DNA of 64,000 nt from Escherichia phage JoYop. The DNA lies in the sequence record OR769032.1; one strand, written 5' to 3'. The notes below the pieces were generated by a model, which worked only from the letters and a program-made list of their open reading frames with translations, was not told where the DNA came from and did no database searches. The position numbers and the translations under genes are program-made. This document shows, piece by piece, positions 57,281 through 64,000 of this stretch (its first letter is position 1; each line of letters opens with the position of its first letter).

Positions 57281-58282
57281 TTACTTAATTAACTGTAAAG
57301 CTTGTTCAAGACGATCAAGACGATTAACAGATTCTTCCCAAATCCTTTTAGCCTGTTCATATTCTTTCTGTGCTTTATTAGAAATTTCTAGAACTTCTTT
57401 ATAAGCTTTTTCTAGTGCAATAACTTCTGGACGAATTTCTACCGGTTCAGGTGAATCATCAAGACATTCTATTAGTTCCTCAAGAGTAGTTTCTTCTTTA
57501 GGAGTATTCACAATTTCCTCGCATTTTTGTTGATAAATTTCTTTATCAGTCGGTGAGTACGCGCATTTCACTTCACGAAGGCTAATTATAATTTTATATC
57601 CTTCCCAACCACATATATTTTTGAAAGGATACGTATGAATACTTTTTACAGTTTCCATACAGCCCAAAGCCGCCTCTAACTGATGGGTTATAGTACTAGC
57701 AATTGAGAAAAATTTATTAATATTCTTTTGGTTAACTTCCGGTGTAAAAAATCCATAATTCACAAAAATAGCTACTTTATTTTTATCAAGCTCATATTCT
57801 TTTACGATAATCATATCAGAAGCTAAAGGATGAATTTGACGATAATCACCATAACATAATTTAGAAGCTGATTTTAAAATTTGTCCTTTAAAAAGTCTGA
57901 AATTACTAATCCAACGACGAGTAAAAATATTCTCAGGGTCTTCTTTATTATTAAGATGATAAGAATTAACATCACCGAACCAATTATATCCTACTACATC
58001 TTTGGTTCGTTTAATTTCTTTCCCAAATTTACCAAAAATATCCCGATTAACCAAATATGAAAGAAGACGAGACCCTTTAAAGGTTTCCTTAATATCATCT
58101 TTATCTACACGGCTAGAAATTTTACAAACTTCATGAATAAATTTACTTGAAGAAACTATACTTGCATCAATACTATTGAGCCATTGATTGATAATAGAAA
58201 GAACACCGTGATGACTAGACATGGGTTTAACTTTATCATCAATAACGCTATTGAATGATTTGATATATTCGTTACGAGTCAT
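57281..58282 (-). CDS. hypothetical protein (334 aa) with C-terminal coiled coil; member B
   Basis: Track ORF 57281..58333 trimmed to the ATG after SD GAGGAGATT (MTRNEYIKSF...). Confidence 0.6.
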   Translation of the reverse strand: MTRNEYIKSFNSVIDDKVKPMSSHHGVLSIINQWLNSIDASIVSSSKFIHEVCKISSRVDKDDIKETFKGSRLLSYLVNRDIFGKFGKEIKRTKDVVGYNWFGDVNSYHLNNKEDPENIFTRRWISNFRLFKGQILKSASKLCYGDYRQIHPLASDMIIVKEYELDKNKVAIFVNYGFFTPEVNQKNINKFFSIASTITHQLEAALGCMETVKSIHTYPFKNICGWEGYKIIISLREVKCAYSPTDKEIYQQKCEEIVNTPKEETTLEELIECLDDSPEPVEIRPEVIALEKAYKEVLEISNKAQKEYEQAKRIWEESVNRLDRLEQALQLIK

Positions 58283-58310
58283 AATAATCTCCTCAGTAGA
58301 AAGTAAGAAC

Positions 58311-58340
58311 ATTATACCACATTCTTGTGGCAAAGTAAAC
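58311..58340 (-). promoter_or_regulatory. early promoter (GTTTAC ... TGTGGTATAAT) inside the tandem family
   Basis: Coding strand GTTTACTTTGCCACAAGAATGTGGTATAAT; -35 overlaps the stop of member C. Confidence 0.55.
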
Positions 58341-59347
58341 TAGTTCAGTGCATTTAGTGCATTGTTCAGTTTAGAACGTTGTTTTGTCAGATTTTGAACC
58401 CTTGACTGTGCTTGTTCTAACACCTTTTCAGCTTCTAACATTTCATTAGTTGCTTTAACAAGTTCATCATCTACTGCTTTAAGAGACTTCTCAATCGCAT
58501 CGGCGTGCCATTTTTCTACAGGTTTAAAATTTGAATTTTCAGTAGGAAGAAAACTCACTTTATTAAGTTTCCATGCATCTGTACTACTTGAACTGTACAT
58601 CCAACATTTAGGATCGTTGGATGAGCGATTAGTTTGAGGTTCAGGTTTTTTCTCTTGCGTAACTTCATCCTTTCTCAAATAATCATATTTAAATGAAACG
58701 ACCATATCAAGTTCATATGTTGTCGTATCTAATTTAAATCGTTCGAAATGCTGCGAAATCTTAGACTGAACAGCGGAAACAACATCCATATACTTAAATG
58801 CTTCTGTCAATTGTGATTTAAGGCATTCACAGATTGAAAGAGAATTTTTTGTATTAGGTTTAAAGCTAATTCGTGCAGTTCTGTTATTTTCTTTTAATGG
58901 TCTTACTTCCATCTGAAGAGTATAACCATCAAATTTCAGATTCTTTAAGTTAATGTCAGAGCCTTTTAATCGACTAGCTGTGGACAAAATTTGCTTTAGT
59001 TGTTTACGAAATAGAGCAATAAATCTCCATTCAATACGATAATGATTTGGATTGAAAAATCCAGATGATAAATCGACCTTACTTTGACCAACGCCTTGAA
59101 CAAATAGAGGATTTTTATAATCAATAGTTTTACAGAAATCAACGAGTTGTTCACGAGCAGTCATTTGTGTAATATACCCCGCTTTACTAAAATGACGTAA
59201 CCATTCACTGCTATTCAGATGCTTAAAGGCATGAATGGAACAATTAACTTTACCAAGGTCTAAATTATTTTCGCACAAAAATGTCATAACATCACGAGTA
59301 TAACTGGCATTACGAACAATATCTTCAATTTGAGAACGAGTTTTCAT
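58340..59347 (-). CDS. hypothetical protein (335 aa) with C-terminal coiled coil; member C
   Basis: Track ORF; C-terminus ...DELVKATNEMLEAEKVLEQAQSRVQNLTKQRSKLNNALNALN. Confidence 0.6.
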   Translation of the reverse strand: MKTRSQIEDIVRNASYTRDVMTFLCENNLDLGKVNCSIHAFKHLNSSEWLRHFSKAGYITQMTAREQLVDFCKTIDYKNPLFVQGVGQSKVDLSSGFFNPNHYRIEWRFIALFRKQLKQILSTASRLKGSDINLKNLKFDGYTLQMEVRPLKENNRTARISFKPNTKNSLSICECLKSQLTEAFKYMDVVSAVQSKISQHFERFKLDTTTYELDMVVSFKYDYLRKDEVTQEKKPEPQTNRSSNDPKCWMYSSSSTDAWKLNKVSFLPTENSNFKPVEKWHADAIEKSLKAVDDELVKATNEMLEAEKVLEQAQSRVQNLTKQRSKLNNALNALN

Positions 59348-59355
59348 AGTATTCC

Positions 59356-60246
59356 TTAAGATTTAAGTAAATCAACAATTTTAATTAACTTTTCACGCTC
59401 AGATTTAGCTTTACTACTCAATCCAGATAGTCTAAAAATTTCATCATCATATTGTTGAATAGAAATATTCAGTTCTTCAATCTGTTTATTAAAATAATCA
59501 ATTTGTTCAGAATGTTTTTCGTTACTACGAACTGGTACAGGTTTTGTAGGCAATTCAATTGAACTGGATTCATCCGGGCGATAAATTAAAATACAACTTG
59601 AACCAATTGGGCATTTTGCACCAGATGAATATTCTAATGTTCCAGCTTCTTTTAAAACTTCAAAAGCTAAGCAGAGATGATGCCCCATATTAACATAATC
59701 TGTAGAGCGAGCTCTAATGTAATAATCAATTCCACGAGTACTAAATTTAAAGCATTTAAGGTCTTCTGTATTATTAGTCTTAAAAATCATTTGTTTATCT
59801 AGACCTTTAGCCAATCGAGCGCCTAATGCTAATAATCGTCGTTGATTTTCCCACAAATCTGTAATCATTTGATCGAATGATAATTTCGGCATTAGTCGAC
59901 CATAAAGGTCATATCCTTTATTATAATTGCGAAGGATTTCACTCGCGTTAATACGAGACAATGCTCCAATTTTATTAAGGGCTTTCATAATGCGATTAGA
60001 TAAACTCATTCCAGACCCATTTGTTCGCTGTAAATGTTTTTCTAATCCAAATCCAATATCAATTTTAAATTTATCTAAAATTTCAGCATGAACATCTCTG
60101 TCAATAACATTCAAATCCAAAGTTGGGTTAAATCTATGAAAAAATTTATCTGGCTCTCCACGACGAAATACAGTCCATTCATTCATCATTTTTTTATTAA
60201 CTAAAGATTTAATTACTGCATTGACATTATTAATTACTACTGACAT
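59356..60246 (-). CDS. hypothetical protein (~296 aa) with C-terminal coiled coil; member D
   Basis: Track ORF trimmed to the ATG after SD GAGGAAAAT (MSVVINNVNAV...). Confidence 0.55.
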   Translation of the reverse strand: MSVVINNVNAVIKSLVNKKMMNEWTVFRRGEPDKFFHRFNPTLDLNVIDRDVHAEILDKFKIDIGFGLEKHLQRTNGSGMSLSNRIMKALNKIGALSRINASEILRNYNKGYDLYGRLMPKLSFDQMITDLWENQRRLLALGARLAKGLDKQMIFKTNNTEDLKCFKFSTRGIDYYIRARSTDYVNMGHHLCLAFEVLKEAGTLEYSSGAKCPIGSSCILIYRPDESSSIELPTKPVPVRSNEKHSEQIDYFNKQIEELNISIQQYDDEIFRLSGLSSKAKSEREKLIKIVDLLKS

Positions 60247-60253
60247 ATTTTCC

Positions 60254-60661
60254 TCACTCAATTTCAATTTTACTAAATACACAGAATATGATTGAACAGA
60301 CTACATAAGCACCACACACAGATTGAACTAATACCATCCCAAAGAACCAAACAATATTATCAAACAGTGTCTGTTTTACGTCGAAAGGACGTAAACTTAC
60401 AGTAATATTATCACCTTTTTCTATTGAAGAATACATCTCTGGGGAAATATATTCACTAAATCTATAACCGTCTTTGAGTTCATATACGGCAATAAACGAT
60501 AAACTAGACCCTTTTCCTTGTGTTCCTGTAATAGTATTAACTACAGTAACATCATAATCTTTATAATGCATATAATCATTAATAGCATAATAACCATATG
60601 CAACTACTATACATAAACAACATATCAATAAATTCAATCTTTTAATTATCAACTGTTTCAT
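60254..60661 (-). CDS. hypothetical membrane protein (135 aa)
   Basis: Track ORF; N- and C-terminal hydrophobic segments. Confidence 0.55.
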   Translation of the reverse strand: MKQLIIKRLNLLICCLCIVVAYGYYAINDYMHYKDYDVTVVNTITGTQGKGSSLSFIAVYELKDGYRFSEYISPEMYSSIEKGDNITVSLRPFDVKQTLFDNIVWFFGMVLVQSVCGAYVVCSIIFCVFSKIEIE

Positions 60662-60716
60662 AATAATCTCAATTAAAAGGGCTTAGAACCATTATACCAT
60701 CCTTGGTATAAAGCGG

Positions 60717-61244
60717 TTATGCGAGTACCGTCTTTAACCGTTCTTCAAACTTCCGAAGAGTATTTTGGCGTTCAGCTCTTTGCTTTTTGTAAGTTTCAAT
60801 ACGCTCTGAAATGAGAGTGTATCGTTCATTCACTGATTCTTTCATAAAATCAGGAATTTCACGAGAAGCTTTAATCTCGTCAAATTTATCAATAACAGCT
60901 TGCTCTTCAGCAATTAAGTTATCATACATTAAAATATCTTTCTTGATGAACTCAATATCTTCTTGAGTTACACGAGATAATTTAGATGCTTTATCCTTTT
61001 TGTACTGTTCGTTAGTATCACGAGACCAGTGTAATGTACGATTTTTATTCGTATTTTTGTAAATTTCTACAATACCAATCTCATCAATAATAACGATCCA
61101 ATTCCAACGGGATTTGTAAATCTGTCCTCCATCAACCGTAATTTCACCTCCGATTGAGATGTCATTAAAGAACTTGCTTTGTGCTTCTGACTTAAATTTA
61201 CCATCGTTGTAATTTACCAGGTTGAAAATATCTTTAGCATTCAT
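60717..61244 (-). CDS. hypothetical protein (175 aa)
   Basis: Track ORF 60717..61304 trimmed to the ATG after leader GGAGGAACAGAAA (MNAKDIFNLVNYNDG...). Confidence 0.55.
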   Translation of the reverse strand: MNAKDIFNLVNYNDGKFKSEAQSKFFNDISIGGEITVDGGQIYKSRWNWIVIIDEIGIVEIYKNTNKNRTLHWSRDTNEQYKKDKASKLSRVTQEDIEFIKKDILMYDNLIAEEQAVIDKFDEIKASREIPDFMKESVNERYTLISERIETYKKQRAERQNTLRKFEERLKTVLA

Positions 61245-61302
61245 TTTCTGTTCCTCCGTAGTTGATAGTTGTATAGTACCACAGAGGAACAGTCTTGTAA
61301 AC
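61242..61302 (-). promoter_or_regulatory. early promoter plus leader cassette (type B copy 2)
   Basis: 61 bp identical to 8253..8313. Confidence 0.6.
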
Positions 61303-61304
61303 AA

Positions 61305-61619
61305 CTAAAAGAAACTTCTTTCACAATTTTTTCCACTGAACCAGGCGCTCACTGCTTTCTTAGTCTCGGGAGCAGTGTTATCCATAAACCATTCAAAGGC
61401 AGCCTTTTTATGATTCTGGAGGGCTTCTCGGGCTTTAATCTGCTCACGGTCTATTAACACTAACATATGAGCCTTTCTTGTCACCATGGGCTTCTTATGA
61501 TTTTTTGAATACTCCCAATCATTTGTCCATCGCATTGTCGTTGCGAATTGAAGTACAGCTTCTTTAATTTTAGTTTCGTAAATTTCACGAGCCTTTGAGT
61601 ATAACATTATTACCTCCAT
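61305..61619 (-). CDS. hypothetical protein (104 aa)
   Basis: Track ORF. Confidence 0.5.
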   Translation of the reverse strand: MEVIMLYSKAREIYETKIKEAVLQFATTMRWTNDWEYSKNHKKPMVTRKAHMLVLIDREQIKAREALQNHKKAAFEWFMDNTAPETKKAVSAWFSGKNCERSFF

Positions 61620-61689
61620 TCACCAGTTTAATTCTAGTCATCTTTTCGATGGCAGTCCATATAATCTATTTCTGAACTGCCTTTTTGTC

Positions 61690-62409
61690 TTACGATTCTT
61701 CTAAATGTCTTTTCTGAAAAGTTGATACCATACTACGATATGGTTCATTTGGATACCCGTGTTTTATAGCTTCCTTTGTAAATTTTCTCCATCCATATTT
61801 GGTTTCTTTCCAAAGCTCGAATAATTCATCTTCATATTGCCATATAGTTAAATGAGAACGCTTTGCAGCTTTAATTCCATTAATGTGCTTTTCTTTTACT
61901 GTAGGATTGCTTAGTGTCTTTTTAATAATATTACTAACTTTTCTAACAAAAGCTGGGTCCTTATATCGTTGTGAAGTTTTTATTGAAGTGTTTAATTTAG
62001 CTTCCGGCGTGGATGTGACCTCTTTCATCTTTTTCTTCATATGCTGTATATGATTAGGATTTTTCCATAAATTTATAGAATGCTTTTTACATTTTATCCT
62101 AGTTTCATCTGCAACCTTTCCTCCTTCACCCCCATATGACAGGTTAACACAGTTTTTTCCATATTTCAATTTACCTGCCATGATATATAATATTTCAGCT
62201 TGTACCATTTTATCATAATTATCAAAAACTTCTAAAACCGTTTTTGATAATATGTGGTCATTTGACACTTTTACACGTTCTATATAATTTCCACTACCAA
62301 CATATGAATCATTGATGTTATTAGTTATATGTCGACCATAATAGTATTTCTTAATACCTGTCTTTAAATTTAATATTTCAGTTTTATAGATAGTAAAATA
62401 TTTTTTCAT
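61690..62409 (-). CDS. GIY-YIG-like nuclease domain protein (239 aa); possible Seg-type endonuclease
   Basis: N-terminal TIYKTEILNLKTGIKKYYYGRH...YVGSG resembles GIY-(10-11)-YIG; basic C-terminal half with repeated K/S/N motifs; start overlaps ATPase stop (ATGA). Confidence 0.4.
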   Translation of the reverse strand: MKKYFTIYKTEILNLKTGIKKYYYGRHITNNINDSYVGSGNYIERVKVSNDHILSKTVLEVFDNYDKMVQAEILYIMAGKLKYGKNCVNLSYGGEGGKVADETRIKCKKHSINLWKNPNHIQHMKKKMKEVTSTPEAKLNTSIKTSQRYKDPAFVRKVSNIIKKTLSNPTVKEKHINGIKAAKRSHLTIWQYEDELFELWKETKYGWRKFTKEAIKHGYPNEPYRSMVSTFQKRHLEES

Positions 62410-63374
62410 TTTAATAATACCGTTTCAGCAATTTCTTCCCAATGGTTTTTGTCGGTCATAATAAAGTCAGCAAGATAAAGAGCAGTACGCAGTGAAACAT
62501 TGCGTAAACGATTAACATTAACTTTCATCCATGATAATGCTTTATAAGTTTCTTCATCAGAAAGACCACGTTTTTGCATCATGTCAGTTGAAAGAATAAC
62601 ATCTTCAACCCTGACCATAATTTCTTCATTAGTGTGAACACCTAAATCTAAATAAACTGAGCGGGACACTAATGCTTGTAAATGTGGAGCAAGTTTAGTT
62701 CCACGGTCTAATTCACGGTCAATGTCAACGTTTGTGATAAAAACAATCGTTCCTTTAAATTCAAACTCACGCTCAATGCCTTTTTCTTCTAAGTAAGAAG
62801 ATGCAGTGCTCCAGCAGACTTTACGGGTCTCTCCAGTGTCCAGAGCAGCTTTTAGAAGATTAAGAATGTCCATATCAGAGAAAACATCCACATCATCAAT
62901 TAAAAGGACAGAATTCTCTTCACGATTATTCCAGAGCTGCTCATAAAGACCGATACCAGAGATTTTACCATTAATGCTTTTATATTCAATGTATCCAACA
63001 TCATTTGCTTTATTTAAAGCTTTATCTAAAGAATACGTTTTACCAATACCTGCCGCACCAGAGATAATTAATGAACGAATGTTTCCGTTAATAATACCAT
63101 TCGTCATCATTCCCATAACATTAAATCTTTTATTAATGCGGGTTTTCATATCTTCATATGATTCTTTAACTTCTTCAACTTTTACACCATCATATGAAAT
63201 ATCTGATTTGTAAACCCAAACACCGCGACGCTTACCGTCAATTTCAACAAAAACTTTACCATCTCCTTGTGCATCTACCGGAGCATTATCTGGGAACCAT
63301 TCACCTAAGAGCTCAAAAGTTCCAGAGATTTCTTTACCGAAGTAGATACCCTTATTGATAGTTACAGTTTTCAT
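62406..63374 (-). CDS. P-loop NTPase (AAA+-like), 322 aa
   Basis: Track ORF trimmed to the ATG after leader GGAGAACAAA; Walker A GAAGIGKT, Walker B VLLIDDVD. Confidence 0.6.
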   Translation of the reverse strand: MKTVTINKGIYFGKEISGTFELLGEWFPDNAPVDAQGDGKVFVEIDGKRRGVWVYKSDISYDGVKVEEVKESYEDMKTRINKRFNVMGMMTNGIINGNIRSLIISGAAGIGKTYSLDKALNKANDVGYIEYKSINGKISGIGLYEQLWNNREENSVLLIDDVDVFSDMDILNLLKAALDTGETRKVCWSTASSYLEEKGIEREFEFKGTIVFITNVDIDRELDRGTKLAPHLQALVSRSVYLDLGVHTNEEIMVRVEDVILSTDMMQKRGLSDEETYKALSWMKVNVNRLRNVSLRTALYLADFIMTDKNHWEEIAETVLLK

Positions 63375-63438
63375 TTTGTTCTCCAAATCCGTATCAGTTG
63401 ATAGTTGTATAGTACCATAAAGCTTTATGCTTGTAAAC
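63375..63438 (-). promoter_or_regulatory. early promoter plus leader cassette (type A)
   Basis: Coding strand GTTTACAAGCATAAAGCTTTATGGTACTATACAACTATCAACTGATACGGATTTGGAGAACAAA-ATG. Confidence 0.6.
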
Positions 63439-63468
63439 TGTTTTGTGAAAAATTTTTAAAAATAAAAA

Positions 63469-63488
63469 AGGGAGCCCGAAGGCTCCCT
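63469..63488 (-). terminator. terminator hairpin (AGGGAGCC-UUCG-GGCUCCCU) plus U-tract
   Basis: Perfect 8-bp stem with tetraloop followed on the - strand by a T-run. Confidence 0.55.
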
Positions 63489-63489
63489 A

Positions 63490-64000
63490 TCATTTATAAT
63501 AACTTCGGTGGTTTTCAAGATAAACCTTCTCAAGGAAGTCATCCCAGAAACTCATGTCTACTTTTTGCTGCATACCGTTCTTAGAAGCTTCAGTAGATGC
63601 TGCTTCTACTTGATCGACCACATCTTCCAAAAACTCTTGAACCGTTTTAAACGGATGCTTACCCAACTTCACGTCGAGAATAAATGGAGCATCTTTGAGT
63701 GGATAGACCAAGTCACCAGTTTTGTAAATTTCCAATAGTTGGAGTCCACCACGACAAGCATGACTTAGTGCTTTCCAGTCAATACCTTCATTGGCTTCAG
63801 CCTTACGAGCACGTTCACCGTATTCAGCATCTAATTTGTTCAGTGACTGCTTAAGCTCAATAAGAGAAAGCGTTGTCTGATATTTACGACCCAACACAGT
63901 GTAGAACGTTTGAGGGCCTGTTTTCTCATGATTATGGAATACCCATTCACAGAATTCGTTTTCTGGAAGACGATGCTTAATATCTTCAACCTTGGTACGA
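63490..64000 (-). CDS. hypothetical protein, C-terminal fragment (5-prime end outside window)
   Basis: Frame stays open from track ORF 63490..63897 to the window edge. Confidence 0.5.
   Translation of the reverse strand, partial: RTKVEDIKHRLPENEFCEWVFHNHEKTGPQTFYTVLGRKYQTTLSLIELKQSLNKLDAEYGERARKAEANEGIDWKALSHACRGGLQLLEIYKTGDLVYPLKDAPFILDVKLGKHPFKTVQEFLEDVVDQVEAASTEASKNGMQQKVDMSFWDDFLEKVYLENHRSYYK

Noticed and set aside
60717-61304. N-terminal extensions such as FTRLFLCGTIQLSTTEEQKM and MENKM on track ORFs 8142..8351, 8530..8835, 60717..61304, 16630..16911, 29329..29523, 35795..36043, 62406..63386
   Set aside because: These are translations of the conserved promoter/leader cassette from upstream TTG/GTG codons; the real start is the ATG that follows the SD.
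5146-63416. The dispersed 20-mer repeat considered as a possible CRISPR array or transposon terminal repeat
   Set aside because: Copies are 0.5-25 kb apart, all in the same orientation relative to genes, and each coincides with a promoter/SD; there is no regular repeat-spacer structure and no inverted terminal pairs.
1-64000. Searched by eye for tRNA genes, integrase or attachment sites, and transposases
   Set aside because: No cloverleaf-like conserved tRNA motifs found in intergenic gaps; no recombinase or transposase signatures; gene content is that of a strictly lytic T-even phage.

Overview
This window reads as a contiguous segment of a T4-like (T-even, Tequatrovirus-type) lytic coliphage genome; all assignments are from reading the sequence and recalling T4 proteins, since no database search was possible. 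The first 2.4 kb is on the + strand: the 3-prime end of long tail fibre gene 37, a T2-type glycine-rich gp38 adhesin, and holin t. Everything else is on the - strand and is collinear with the T4 early/middle region: asiA, arn, motA, 52, ac, stp, ndd, denB, rIIB, rIIA, 39, cef, dexA, dda, srd, modA, modB, soc, 56, 61, sp, dmd, 41, 40, uvsX, 42, imm, 43, regA, 62, 44, 45, rpbA, 46, 47, alpha-gt, 55, nrdH, nrdG, nrdD, 49, nrdC, then a block of unassigned ORFs. Genes are tightly packed, often with ATGA stop/start overlaps, and are punctuated by sigma70-type early promoters (GTTTAC -35) and GGGCCGAAGCCC-type tetraloop terminators. Features that look T2/T6-like rather than T4-like: an uninterrupted 605-aa gene 39, an intronless nrdD, a 282-aa DxD glycosyltransferase where T4 has beta-gt, and no homing-endonuclease genes at the T4 segA, segF or mobA positions. 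I did not find a clearly new multi-gene system. The most notable observations are a 20-bp core (inside a longer promoter/leader cassette) present in six exact copies, a duplicated rIIB 3-prime end/terminator flanking a 64-aa ORF, a tandem array of four coiled-coil-tailed ORFs, a P-loop ATPase overlapping a GIY-YIG-like gene, and a small +-strand membrane ORF between genes 56 and 61. No tRNA, CRISPR, integrase or transposase was seen.
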